The position numbers and the translations under genes are program-made. A model generated the notes under the pieces. That model was given only the letters and a program-made list of their open reading frames with translations, was not told the origin of the DNA and searched no databases. 64,000 bases of DNA, taken from contig RSEE01000020.1 in the NCBI GenBank assembly GCA_003971905.1, positions 372,001 through 436,000 on the forward strand. Direction: 5' to 3'. How positions within the stretch are numbered: the first letter of the stretch is position 1; each line of letters starts with the position of its first letter. The stretch is from Moniliella sp. 'wahieum' (Eukaryota). Shown in pieces: positions 11,636 through 30,217 of the stretch.

Positions 11636-14600
11636 ATGGATGCCCCATCACATATCACCTACGCCACCATCTCTCTCCCCCTCTCCCCTTGCTGTCAGGC
11701 CTCAGGCCATAACCCCCCCCCTTCAGAGCCATCATCACCTTCTCTACTGGTAGCCCCCTTGCTCAATGCGCCGCCGCCGCGCCTCTGGAGGCGTAGCCCC
11801 CTCTCATCCTCCATCGCGGCTCCATCAACAGCTCCTGGGCCTACTGAGGGCGAGGACGACTGGTACCTTGCCCTACTCGGGTCCAATCGAGCCTCCTTCT
11901 TCAGATGCGCCGCGTTTTTCATTCCCATCCATCCTCCCGCACCTCCACCACGCGTCCGTCGCTGCTGACGCGGCGGAGTTCAGGAGGGCGCTTTCGCTCC
12001 ACTCCTCCCTCAGCCCCACCCCATCATCTCCACCTCGCTCCAGTACCCAGCACCCTCCAGCACTCCCCGTGCCACCTCGTCGGCTCTCCTCACCCAAGTC
12101 GGGCCCCCGCCCCTCGCGGCCGCTACACTACTCCTTTGGCCTATTTCCGGCTCCGATGTCTACATCGACGGTCCATCCAGTAGCCTGTCAGGCAATGCCA
12201 AAGGGGCCCATCAAAAAACTATCCCTCTCACCCCGTATCTTGCTCCAGATCAAAAGGCCCCAACGGAGGCCACAGACGTTCGGCGCAGCTACTGCAACCG
12301 TCGCACCCTCTTCGTTCCGGTTCCGATCACAGTTGGCACTCCCCGCGACAGCGAGCGCTCCACCTTGACCATCCCGCCAGCCCCATGTTCGAGGAAAGCT
12401 CGGTCGAGGCGAGCAGCGCAAATGCCACGCCGCAGCTCACCACTTCTTCCGTCCAGGGACGAGGGAGGGCAACGATGGATACCGCCGTTTTCGTATCCTG
12501 CACCGACGACGACGACCCTCGACGCGCTGGACCGGCAGGACCACTTTTTCCTCGTGACTGCCAAACCAACTGCCCAGGTGGCAGATTCTACCGTGGCGCT
12601 CAACGTGCGGCCCCCGCCTGTTGTTCCCCGGGGGTCCGAGACCAGCCGCTTTTCCGACTCTACTACGCGGACTGTCCCCACTCCGTCGCCTGTTCCTGTC
12701 AGACCTTCGCATGACGGGGAGGGTCCCATCTTCAGTATCACCGTCACGGATCGTTTGCGTTGAATTCTACGCGCTCTGCTGGTGACCATCTGTCATCACG
12801 ACGCTCGCCTCCTTGCCTTCTGATCCGCCTGGCTCTGTCTTTCACCACCGCGCTATAGGGGAGAGCAGGGGCAAGGAGGAAGAGGAGCCTGGTACCCCTC
12901 TCACGCCCATCACGCCCGACGTAAGATCCTGTACGCCCTTCTTGTTTGGGTCTAGAAGGGCTGGGATGGAGCCAGGCGGAACATGGGGTGGTCTAACACT
13001 GGGGGGATGGGCACCGCGCGTGCCGCAATGACTTCGTTGGCAGCTAAAAGCCTTCCCCCCGGAGCCGGGGAAGAAGTTCCGCCCCTGCAAGAACAGATCC
13101 TTGGGCTGAGTCTTCGGACGTGGCAGCCACTCCTACGGCTTCTCGTTATACCAGCGAACACGGGGTTGGGCTGCAATTATCTCCTCGTCCATCCAGCCGG
13201 GCTGGACTCATGTTCCATCCTCGGCCCGGTCTGCGGATCAGTCGGAGCATGCCGCTCCTTGCAGCTGCTAACCAACACCGCTCAGCCTCCTCGGTGGCCC
13301 ACCAGTACCCCGGCACCTCGCACAGGCCAATCTCTTTCCCCCCAGACCCCCACCTCGTCCTGCTGCTCGCTCTGACACCAAAGGCAGCACGAAGGAAGCG
13401 AAACGGCCATACGCTCGGCGACTCTCCGGCCGCTGTGCGCACCGTCGATGTACAAACGTACTACGCTTTACAACCTTACCCGCGACAGTCGCACCGGCTG
13501 CGGCGGAGCGATTGGGTCTGACCCTCGGCCCCGATGGGCGACTGGTCCCGCCGCCATGGGAGGGCAAGTACTGTGGTCCACCTCGGTTTCGCAACTTGCC
13601 CCATCCGGACCCGAAGGGCTGGACCAAAAAGTCAGCGCGTACTACGCGTACTAAACCACCCCGTGGACGACTTCCCTCCATTCCGCCTCCACGCATGGAG
13701 GAATGGTTGGATCACGATGCGGACGTTGTGGGGGTGGATCGGCCTTGGCCTGAGCAGCCTGCAACCCAAGGGCCTTGGGAGCAGGATCCGGAAGAACCAT
13801 CGGTCCCTCCCCCAGCTGCCCCTCCCAGCTCCGCCCAGGTTAACCCGACGGAACTCTGGGGGAAGCAGCGACGGACGTAGAGGAGCACGATTCAACACAG
13901 CTACTGGCCAACGCGATTCGTCGCTTATGCGGCTACAAGCTGCTTTCCAGACCCCTCATTCCGAACGGGAACCCAGGCTGACCAGTGATCCGCCACCTGC
14001 CGTCCGGATTGCCAACGACACGACGCTGGGAGAGAGAAAGGGCACTCAGCACGCCGTCCATGGGACAGCCTGGTCCAGACAAGCGGTCTCATCTCACCGA
14101 GGCCGAACTATTTCGTCCTGATGGTTCTGCCTCGGTTCCGGCGTAACTGCATCTGCAGGCGGTGATGACCGGCCCAGCTCACAGAGCAGCGGCGGTGCCC
14201 AAACCACCACGTTGGCACTCACTACTGAGGAACCTCCATGCCCGGGCGTGCTCCCAGTACGCCTACCGTTAGCAACAGCAGTCCAACCACACACACTCAT
14301 TCTGGTGACGGGGGAAGTACAGCCCGATCTCCTCTTCATCGACCGTTGCCCTTGAGGCCGAAGTCGTCGCTCCGATCCTCAGCCTCCTTAGGCTCGACCC
14401 CATTCTCCCACCCACACTGTCCGTTGAACAGACCGACGTCATCGCCCTTGGTACCCTCGACGAGCAGGCGTTTGGACATGCAGCCTGCCCAGCCCCGGTC
14501 GGTACGTTGGAACCGAATGGATGCAGGTTCGATAAAAACTATGCTGGAGACGCTGACCCCCACCTCTCCCTTTCTTTTCACCAGACGTCCGCGGGAGGAC

Positions 14601-16272
14601 TATACCCGCTTGAAAGGGGTGGTCCTACCCACTGCCCGTTTCTCTCCGCTCCTTCTTCGTGCTACCGCAGACCCCATTCTTCCCGAGTGGGGGCAAGCAT
14701 CCGTGGAGCGGGCTCGGAGCGTGACCGAGGAAGGAGGGCACGAGGCGCCCAAAGTGCCGACTGAAGAGACGGCCCATCCAAGCTCCACCTTGGTCCCATC
14801 CCGGTCCAACTTACCAACCGCGCCCATAATCGCCTTGGCCAACCGCCTCCCTGGATCTCCTAACAACCAACTTCCTCGCCTGGTTCGCAGCACCGCCTGC
14901 CCCCATTGCACCCCCTACCATTCCTCTTCCGCCACACCGATCTTGGTTTCGTGGCCGAGCCGTGTGCCGAGGTGGGCACGTCGGTGCTGCGGCCCGAGAT
15001 GAGAGCGGTACGGAACGCGTTCCAACCGTTTCCGTACGTTCCTCGCTCGGCTCGGTACCCAGCACCGTACGACCAGGTACGCGGGATACCGGACCGTGGT
15101 AGAACATTGTACCACCCTCAGTCCATCTACCGCCGTCCCAACCCCATCACTTCTTTGTCCCACTTGTCCTCTTCCACCCTCTCCCACCCTCTCCTGGCCC
15201 CACTCAGCACCCAAACCTCCCCTCCTCGTCCTTTGTCCTCCCCTGCCCCGCTCCATGGAAACTTACCACTCCCACTAAATCTTATCCCTTCTCTTCCCCG
15301 CGCCGCTGCCAGCACAGCGCACTGCCCCTCTGCCTTCTCGCCCGCTTCCTGCGCCCCACCCGTCCCACCCCCGACCTTGACGTCTGTGCATCCCGATCGC
15401 ACTAGCCTCTCACCTCCTTCCCTCCCCCCGTCTCACCGGACCTCCTTCCCCTGCCCCTGTCTCACCGGACCCTCTTTCCCCTGCCCCCGTCTCACTGCAC
15501 CCCCCGCCCCGCCTCCCGCCTCTTCCCCCTCACCCTCCGCCCCCCCAACCCACCCAGTCCATCCGATCCACCCAACGCATCTGACCCACCCAACCTATCC
15601 GACCTACCCAATCCATCCCACCCACACGCCCCCACCGCGTTCCTCACCCCCTTGGCCGCGTCGCGCTGGTCGCCCGTTGTGCCGCCCGCGCTGCTGCGCA
15701 CGAGCCAGTCGCCCTTTCGCCCGCCAATTCCTACCCTTCCAGCGCGGGACTGGAGCTTGCTCCGTGCTTCGTCTCGCTCGCTCCAAGCTTTGTCAGTTCC
15801 TGCTACCCTTCTCCTCGTCTTCCTCCTCCTCTCTTCCTTCTCTTTCTCCTCTTCCTCGTCCTCGCTCACGCTCCCCAGTGTCGCCGCAGCTTGGTACCAC
15901 CCCCTGGCCCAGCGCCACGCGGGATGCTGCGGCGACAAGTACGTCCGCGTCGGTCTCGTCGGTCGCGCAGCGTCTGTCCCGCTCCCAGTGCCGGTCCTCG
16001 GTCGGGGTCTTCGGAGGGTTCATCATCATCATCATCATCTTCTTCCTCTTCTTCTTGGGTGGGCTCCCACCGACGGTTCATCGGTCCCACCCGACACTTG
16101 CTACCTTCATTGGCCCCAGCACGCGTGCGAGATTCCCCACGCCTCTTCTTCTTCCTCCTCCTCCTCTTCGTCCTCGTCGTTTCGCACCGCCTCGCCTGCC
16201 CCACACCCGCGCCCATGCCTATTCCTGCGCCTGTGCCTGCCCCTGCCCTGCGCCCATGTCTACGGGGAGTAG
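11636..16272 (+). CDS. One or more hypothetical Pro/Ser-rich proteins, fragmented
   Basis: Chain of same-strand overlapping ORFs with protein-like segments (EDDWYLALLGS, GRLVPPPWEGKYCGPPRF, FRHTDLGFVAEPC..YHPQSIYRRP); no recognisable domain. Confidence 0.3.
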
Positions 16273-16922
16273 CCAGCTCGATCCAGGTCACCAGGTATGA
16301 CAAACTAAGGCGTCCGAGGAGTGTACTGAGTAGGTGCGTGTGAGGGCCAGCTACGAGGTACGAAGGGCAAGGTAAGGTAAGGCAAAACAAGGCAAGACAA
16401 GGCAAGCCGAGTAAGGGTGCTATATATACAGCAGGAGGAGAAGATATGCATATGTATGGGTTTTGCCAACGGGCTTGGCTGGGCGGGTTTGGTTTCAATG
16501 CTTGGTTGTGGGTAAGATGGGGAAACAGCGGTGGGGGATGGATCAAACTGCCTGCACGGTCCCAGCGCACTCTGTCGTGAAGCTTCAAGGTCCGTCCGGG
16601 CCTATGCACGGCGAAGAACGGGGACGCCAGAGCAGAGGGAGGGACCAGAACAGAGCAAAACAGAACAGAACAGAACAGAACAGAACATAATGCAAGGTAT
16701 AAGAAACAATGGTAGGGATGCCAACCTTGGCCGATCAGAAGGATGCTGGACACGAAAACAAGCAAAACAGAGAGCATATGAGAGAATGAGCAGAGACGAA
16801 GCCAAAATGGGGCTGGTGCGGGCCAAGGCTGGTGCGCGCGCGCGGGCAGAGGGGAAGGGAAAAGGGGGGATCATCGATCCCTATCACGGTGCAGTATTAG
16901 CGGCGGGAGGAAGAGGGGACGT

Positions 16923-18223
16923 TTAGCTTGCCAGTCCGCCGTTCGGTCGGGGCAAGCGACGAGGAGGCGATCGAGTAGCGCAGTCCGGCTGCGCGGCACT
17001 CCGCTTGTTCCTCGGGTTCAAGACGGGGTAGATAGGGGGAGGTATACCCTCCCCGCCCGGGCACAGTTGCGCTTCCAAACTGTCCAGCCGCCATTCGAGC
17101 GCGGCCGAAACCCCGTGCCCGCCCATGTCGGCATCGGGCGATAAGAGCAGTCTTCTTCGCTCGGGCTCAGGCTGGTGGCAAAGGCGTCCAGTTGTCGACG
17201 GACGTGCGGGGCAAGGTGTGCTGGTGCTGGTGCTGATGCTGATGCTGGCTGTTGGTCTCGGGCCATGAGTACTTTGCGCGTCTCCTCTTCCAGCAGGGCA
17301 AACACATTGCGCAAGTGAGCCCAGCAGGCAGCATTGTCCATCGTGACGGCAATCTTGTTTTTGGTGAATGTGATTTCTTTTGCGACGCAGCTCAGCGCGG
17401 CGGACGAGCCAGGAGGCGCACGGCCAAACCGGTGCGGAACAGGACAAAAAAGCGATGGTCCCACGCTAGCGGACTGAACTGTTGCGCCAACGTCATGCCG
17501 TCTAGCCCGGCACGTTCGCCGTCCCACAATTGACACGACACGTGGGCTTGTGCCTGGGCCACACGCGGATCTTGCTCGTCCGGTACCAGCCCGGACGAAG
17601 TGGAGGGCGAGAGGGAAGCACTGGGCGTGGCAAGTGCCATGCCCGAACAGGGGAGACCAGCAAAGTGGATCAGACACCATTGGCGGTACGTCCAGACCTG
17701 GGCGCTGGTATCGTGCTGCCGGAGCAGCTGGGTAGTAAAGTCGAGTTGGCGCTGGGCCAGTTGGAGCCAGAGCGAGCGGGCCAAGGACGGATCGGGCGCA
17801 AGAAGCAAGCGGGTAGAGAGTTCAGAAACAATAAAGCGGCGGTGGTGCCAGAGGTAGTAGAGGTCCGGGTGCTGGCGACACGCGCGGTCGACCAAGTCGA
17901 GTTCGGCACGTAAGCGCGTCTCGACGGCCGACGGCACAGGGAGGTGGAGGAAAGGGTCGCTGTCGGCGCCAGGCGGGGGGGGGAGGAGGTGAGAGGCACA
18001 GAGCAAGCGGGCACGGTACGTCCACACGCGCTCATCGGCACTGGCGGCGGCGAGGGCGAGGTGGCGGGTAAGCGCGAGGGCGCGGACGCTGAGCTCGCGC
18101 TGGACCAGGAGCGCGCGGAGGAGGGCGAGTGGGACGGGGTCGGCGGGGGCGGACGCGGGGAGGAGGCCGGCCCAGGTGGGACTGGCGGGATCGGGGGGGG
18201 CGAGCGAGGCGGGGGGGGGACAT
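16923..18223 (-). CDS. Protein prenyltransferase alpha subunit-like protein (FTase/GGTase-I alpha, RAM2-like, divergent)
   Basis: Five PPTA-type W-x-Y/H-R/L helices: VWTYRARLL, LWHHRRFIV, VWTYRQWCL, AWDHRFFVL, CWAHLRNVF, several preceded by ELDL/QLDF/EITF motifs. Confidence 0.75.
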
Positions 18224-19046
18224 GGTGGTGGGCGGGGGGGAGCACCGAAGCGGCGGGCAGCGAGCCAGGGAGCCAGGCGCGCTGCCAGCGCACGCGGGGT
18301 ATAAATAACAGCGGACGCGGCGGCTTTTTCTCCGCGGGCGCGAGTGTGCTGGGGTCTGCGGCGCCCCGCGCAGCACTGCCCCCGTGCGCAGCTGCCCCGC
18401 CGATCAGCACGGCTGATGACGTCACGCGGTGGTGCGCTGCCTCAGCACAGCGTGGCGGTACGCGCTAGTACGCAGCCGCAGCACAATGGTTGGTGCTACG
18501 TATCCCCACGCGCCTTCTCTGGCCTGTGCTTCTCGATCGCCGCCTCAGCCAGCCAGCGCGACCACAACCACAACCACCGCCCGCCTGCCTGTGCCCCGCG
18601 CTGTCCCATCCCCTCCCCATCCCCAGCCCAGCCACGCCCCACCTCTCCACGTGCTGCCCCACGGCGTCTCATCCCACTCGTAGTATTGCACCCACCTTCG
18701 CCTCTTTCCTTTCCCCCTGTTCCCTTTTTCCTCCCCTTTTTCCTCCCCCCTATTTCCTGCCCCCCCTTTCCTTCCCCTGCTCTCCGCTTCCTCCAGCCGC
18801 CTCGCCTCCACCATCCCGTCTGCATCATCCATCCTAGCATCCATCACTGCATCACCCCCGCAGCAAACCACACAACGCACGTCCATAGCCGGTACACACA
18901 CCTCATCGCATCGCCATTAGTAGTTGGCGCGTTGGCTCCCAGTAGGCGCGTCTCTTTTTATTTCTGCACCCGCGGGGGTGGGGGGGCACTGCAGCTGTTG
19001 GCATGCGAGCACGCGGTCCCTTTTTTGTCCCAGAGAGCACCCGCGC

Positions 19047-20274
19047 TCAGCCGGAGCCCTTCTTCTTGCCCTCGCTGTACTTGCCCATCTTGGCCCACAC
19101 ATACCGACCCGACCGTCCCAGGCCGGCAGTATAGATGCCCTTGATCGACTGTGCCCACGCCGGTTGACGCACAATCGCCCCGATCTGCCGGCGCAGTAAC
19201 CTGTCCACCTGCGGGTCCGTCACTACCCGGTGCCAAAACGCTGCTGGCGCCGGCAGCGACGGTGCGCCATAGTGCGCTGCGATGCGAACGGCCAAGTGGC
19301 GTGGTAAGAGCGCGGCTAGGCGGGCACGCACGTCGGGTTGTCATCTTGTTCCCACAGCTCGGACCCTGCCCCGCTCTCTGCCGGTCCTACTGCTTGCACC
19401 ACCTGTCCCACCCCGGTGCGATCTGTGCCAGCAAGGGCGCATACATGGCCACCAACTCGTCTCGTTGGCCCTGCACAATGTTGCGAACTTTGTTTGCGTT
19501 CTCCCCGCCCGGCACGTCCATTCGCCAGTCGCCCGTGTAAGATAAGCCGACAATCGAGCCAATAGCGTGTCTAGCGTAAACCGCGGTGGAAGCAGCAGTA
19601 ACAGTGCGGCGCGCACAGCGCTCCTCAAGTTGGCCACTTGCGCCACATCCACCGAGTAGCTCGGCACGATCGTCGCCACGGGCTTGTGCATCCGGCCCGA
19701 CACATACAGCGTCGTCCATTCGCGTAGATCGGCAATCAGACCGTCGAGGGAAATCACACCGTACTTGGCTTCGGTCCCGGCAAGCCGGACGTAGGGGTGG
19801 TACCATACCCCTGCCCCGGCGCGCTGCACCGAAGCCAGGACGGAGCGCGGACTCCACCGCGCCAAGGTACTGTAGTCTTGTGGCCGGAATTGCATCATAG
19901 ATCGGTGCCAAGCCACGGGATCGCGCACGGCCAACACGAGATCTACCATCTTGCCCTTCATATCGGCCCCGGTCGCACTTTGCGCAAACACACCCGACCA
20001 TACGCCATCGCAAACGCCGGCTGCAACTCGCCCGGTGCCAGTGCGTCGACCATGGCGCGCAAGGGGCGTGGGTGGCGTCCTGGGCGCCGCTGGAGCGGGT
20101 CGGGGCGCAGGTGCTCAGAGACGCAGCGGGCTTATTGGGCAGGACGAAGGGTGGCGGCGTAGGCGCCGGAGCATGCGGAGAGGGGATAGGGATAGGGATG
20201 GGGACAAGGATGAGGACGCGCGCATGGGAAGTAAGTGGCGTAGCAGCAGAGCCGGAAGGTTGGGTGCGCGGCAT
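19047..20274 (-). CDS. TAM41: Mitochondrial phosphatidate cytidylyltransferase Tam41/Mmp37
   Basis: AYGSGVFAQ, MVDLVLAVRDPVAWH, GAGVWYHPYV, KYGVISLD..DLREWTTLYVSGRMHKPV, GLSYTGDWRM..GENANKVRNIV, QSIKGIYTAG. Confidence 0.92.
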
Positions 20275-20686
20275 GCGAGCCAGCGTGCGAGATCGAGAGA
20301 CACGACAAAGACAGAGACAGAGACGAAGACGCAGACGCAGACGAAGACGAAGACACCAGTCAGACCGAGACGGAGGCCCAGGCGGAGGAGGAGGAACTGC
20401 TCGGGGGTCGGATGGCGACGCACTGCACCATGGCACCATGGCTCCTTGGCCTGCCGTCTGCCCAGGTGGCTGCGCCGGGAAGATTTCAATGGGTCTGATC
20501 GATCTGATCCGTGCCGTGGGCTGAACATTAGTTGAATTCAATCGTGTTCCGTCCGGCTGACCAAGCAGAAGCTGACAGGCCAGTGACGTCACGTCACGCG
20601 CGTCCCGACAGGCAGGCCACTGCATTGCACTTTGAACATTTCCACTCGACACATCGTCGCGTGAGCGTGGTCTGTGACATGTGACA

Positions 20687-21176
20687 CTAGAAGACCACCG
20701 GGCCTACGGCCCGGTCAGCTGGGCTTCGCCCCAGCTTGATGCTTGGTGCACATCGCCATCTTAGCCACCGGTCCGCCTTCGCCACGTAGCCACCGGTCCA
20801 CCGTTCCACGCTGGAGGGTGCTTGGTCGCCACCTTAGCCACCGTTCCCCCGTCGCCACCGTAGCCACCGGTCCACCGTTCCACGCTGGAAAGCGGAATAG
20901 TATTCACCACTACGCCTCGGGCGGAATTTTATCACCCATGCGCATCCGCCTGGCTGCGCCCGCCTGGAACGCGCCGGGTGAAACGTGCCAGGTGGCATGC
21001 TTGTGTAATTTTACGTAAAGTAAAAAGGGGGTCTGCGTTATGAATTTGTAGATGCGCATCCGCCTGGCTGCGCCCGCCTGGAACGCGCCGGGTGAAACGT
21101 GCCAGGTGGCATGCTTGTGTAATTTTACGTAAAGTAAAAAGGGGGTCTGCGTTATGAATTTGTAGATGTAGATAGA
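20687..21176 (-). mobile_element. Non-autonomous Helitron (~490 bp)
   Basis: Minus strand: A|TCTATCTACATCTAC 5' end at 21176; GC-rich hairpin ACCGGGCC-GTA-GGCCCGGT 6 nt before a terminal CTAG|T at 20687; no TSD; 3' ~130 bp shared with 47135-47253. Confidence 0.75.
20938..21165. repeat. Exact 114-bp tandem duplication inside the Helitron
   Basis: 20938-21051 is identical to 21052-21165 (ATGCGCATCCGCCTGG...TATGAATTTGTAG). Confidence 0.95.
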
Positions 21177-23447
21177 TGGGATGCCTGGGATGGGCAGTGG
21201 GCAGCGCATGATGGATGGTGGATGATCGATGATGCGCACGCGACGCCTGATGCGGCGGCTGCGCTGAAAAAAAATATAAATCGGCAGTGCTCTGCTTGGC
21301 GCCGGGCGCAGGCGGGTGCAGGAGCAGACTGCAGTGGCGCGTCGGCCTGCGCCGCTCGGCGGCAGGGTGCGATGCGCGCGATGCATGATGCGTACTACTC
21401 AGTCTGAGTACTCAGTACGCCTGTCCCACATGTGCTGCGTCCTGGAGGTGCCGGTGAGCTCAGAAGACGCTCCGGCTCAGGCTGCGCTCAGCGCTGGTAC
21501 GGCGGTCCTGGCGCCGACGACACCCTGGCTGCGTGCGTCGCCCTGTCGATAGTCGGTAGAAGAAGCGCGTCTCAGTGGTGAGGCCGGTGAGGCCTGAGGA
21601 TGTGTACTGAGTACCCCGTGAGCTGCGTGAGATGCCGTGACATGTCAGCCAGCCAGCAAACCACACGCCTAAGCCTAGCCAAATTCCAGCCCAGCCGCCG
21701 CTCCTCCGCCCCGAGCTCAGCCGCCCGTGTTTTCTTTTTTCCGTCTTCCCGCCCTGCAGCCTCTGGGGTGGCCGCGTCACCCGTTGCCACCCACTCATCC
21801 CTTTCCTCTTCTCTTCTCCTCGTCTCCGCTTCCCCCCCCCCCCCCCCCCTCACCGCCATCTCCGTCTCCGCCTTGCCCGGGTCGCCCTCCCCTCCCCCTC
21901 CCCTCTCACTCATTCTGTGTGGATCAGTGTGTGTGGCGTACTCAGGTTGTCCATGTGGCGTTTTAACCACCCCCCTGACCATGCGTCGCACCACTTTCCT
22001 TGTCCCGCCTTACGCCGCCAGTCTCCATTTCTAGCAGCAGCAACATCCCCACGCCTTGCATCGGACACGCTGGCGCACATGACGGCCCGTCTGCCTTTTG
22101 GCAATGCGAGCTGTTGTCTCACGCTCCCGTCTTCGTCTCGTCTTCGTCTGCCTGGCCGGACTGAGCTACATGCGGGGCGAATGGGAAGGAGCGTATGCCG
22201 GCTCATGTCGAGGTTGCTTGCCTCACTTTTTCTTTTCTTTTTCTCTTTTGATCCACACGTCTCTTTCCCTCTGCCCGCCCGTTGGAAACGCAAGCGGGAG
22301 TCCGTTCTGGCTACCAGCAGGTCGGACCTTTTCTGCTGCCTGCATACAACGTTTGTAGGTGCAGGGCCACCAGATGCACCCCGCCGCCTCAAAGCCGACA
22401 CCTTGTTTGGTCCCTATCCATTCTTTACCGCCCGCACTCCCGTTTTCCCTGCAGCTGGATCCGGTTCGACGCAATGGTCGAGCATTTGGCGTAGTTGCGT
22501 CCGACGCATCCAAGCAGGACGCTGGTGATGCTTGCGTCGCACCTTTTTCCTACGCCATCGTTGCCCCGCGCTGGTGTGGTCTACGACGCTCACCTACCTC
22601 TCTCCTGGACGTAGCCCCGCCTGGTCTGGCAGGCCCAGGACGAGCGGCGGAGGGGCAGAAGAGGGGGGCAGCGGAGACGGAACCGTTCAATTTGAACTGC
22701 AAGATGCGGCTCTGCCATGGTCTGGCGGTGCACGCCAACTCGGGGTGCTGGTGAGGCGGTGCTGGTGCCTGTATGTACTACTCCCTTCTGTGCTGCGTGC
22801 TCACTGGATGTGTTCTGACGGTTTGCGGATGGGGGATGGGGCATGGGGCTTGGGAGATGGACGGGGGAGGGTGATCATCTTGACGGGAGCAAAGGAGGCG
22901 GGATGCCAGGCCAGGAAGAGGAATGGCTGCGCGGCAGGCAAGATGGCAGGCGGCACGGTTGGACCAACAACACCCAACTTTACTGCTTGGCTTTCTGTGC
23001 GGGGGAGGGGGCGGCGGCGGAAGTGGGGAGGGCGGAATGGGCAGACGATGACATAAGCGGGGCCGCGCGCCCTGCCAGCGTGGCTGCGCAGTGGGGCGGC
23101 GGGCGAGTGTGGGTGGGCAGTGGCGCGGTGCGGGCGCGGGCGCTGTGCTGTGCTGGGCGGGGACGCTGGGTGGGCTGGATGCGCCCGGGTTGCCTGCCTG
23201 AATGCCCCTGTCTGCTGCTTGTCCGCATCCGCCGCCGCGCCCTCCCTCGCCCTCTCCCGCGCCCTCTCCCGCGCCCTCGCCCCGCCCCCCGCCCTCGCCA
23301 CCCGCGCCCGCCGCCCCTCGCCCGCGCCCCCGCCCTGCTGCTGCTGCTGCTGCCGCCGCCGCCCCCCCCGCCGCTGCGCTGCTGCCCCCCTCCGCGTTCA
23401 CGCCTGGCGTCCGCTCGGGCGTGCCCCGGCATGGCCCCCGCGACACA

Positions 23448-28942
<5,495 letters not shown>

Positions 28943-29408
28943 TCGCTAAATGGGCGTTGATGTGCCGCTGGGTCTGGTCTGGTCTGGTTTGGTCTGGTCT
29001 GCCCTCTGTCCCTGTCTGTGGTCGGTCGGTCGCCCGTTTGGCGCGACGAGCTTTTGGATCCTTCATCCTTCCCTTTCGCGCTCGTGTACTTGTTTCTCTC
29101 TATCCGCTTTGTGGCCCCAGTGCCCGCCTGGAGGAGGCGGGATTGTTGTTCGCTTGCGTTGGCTGGGGTCGCCTTGTAAGCTAATCTATATTTAAACCCC
29201 TGTACTCCGCCTCGCGAGCCCAGCTGATGCAATGATGGACTGGTTAGAAACGTAGAATTCGATCGTGGACTGAAGGAGCGCGGCGCGGGCCGCAGGTTCC
29301 CGTAACGATTTCCGTAACGATTTCCGTGACGATAACGATGGAGAAGAAGGGGGGAAGAGAAGAGAGGAGAGAGAGAGGAACAAGAAACCATCCGAAAGAC
29401 GAATGAGA

Positions 29409-29724
29409 TTACTTCTTCTTCAGCTTGGCAATCGCCGCCTTGCGCTCGGCTTCCTCCTTCTTCTGCTTGGCTTTGAAGGCGAGGTCCTGTCAGAACAGAG
29501 TCAGTGCCCACGGCCAAAGGTAAAGGGGAGAGCAGGGTGCGCTGCAGAACACGTACGTCGTCGTCCTGCGTTGGGACGCACAGCAAAAGAGCACCGGAAA
29601 AAAGGCAAACAGGCATGGTCAGCTCACACAACCACGCGGGAGAGAGGGAGGACACGTACAAGTTCCTTGCCTGCTTCTTGGGCTGCTTAAGAGGCTTGGC
29701 CTTGCCGCCTTGGCGTCCGCTCAT
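29409..29724 (-). CDS. TMA7: Translation machinery-associated protein Tma7
   Basis: MSGRQGGKAKPLKQPKKQ / DDD / DLAFKAKQKKEEAERKAAIAKLKKK*; two introns flanking a 9-nt exon (29565-29557). Confidence 0.9.
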
Positions 29725-30217
29725 GGTGGAAGTGGAGAGAGATGGAGAGGGTGAGGGTGAGGGGAGGGAGCAGGAATTGGGAAAAGCCAGCCACGGAAGA
29801 AAAGGAATGCCGGCGTGCGTGGCGGCCAACCGGGGGCGAGCGAACTGGCCAGGCCTGATTGATGTGTGATGTGATGCATGGATGAGGCCACAGGAAGAGA
29901 AGATGACATAAGCCCGCGGGGGGGACTGGCCCCGTGCCGCGCCGGGCCCGAAGGCACCTCCGCTTCGCCTCGTCGCCTCTGCCTCTCCGATCTCCCCCCG
30001 CCCCCCAGCCGAGCCCAGCCAAGTCGAGTCGAGTCGAGGCGAGGCCACCGAGTCCCGCCGAGCCCAGTCGAACGCCGCCCGCCGCCCACCGCGAATCCCA
30101 GTCGACGTTCGTTGCGCTTCTGCGTCGCCTGCCTTGCCCCTCGCCCCACCTGCTTCACGACCTGCACGCACCCACCCCCTTCCCCCCGCTTGCTTGCCTC
30201 CGCCCCACCCCCCCGCC

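Noticed and set aside
20697..20738. Hairpins as bacterial rho-independent terminators or REP elements
   Set aside because: No U-tract, fungal context, and the position beside CTAG|T fits a Helitron terminus.
21560..23400. Possible genes between the Helitron and EPL1
   Set aside because: Only low-complexity, GC-driven ORFs with no consistent strand or splice pattern.
29299..29340. Three copies of a 12-bp unit (CCGTAACGATTT)
   Set aside because: Short minisatellite between convergent 3' ends; nothing supports a function.
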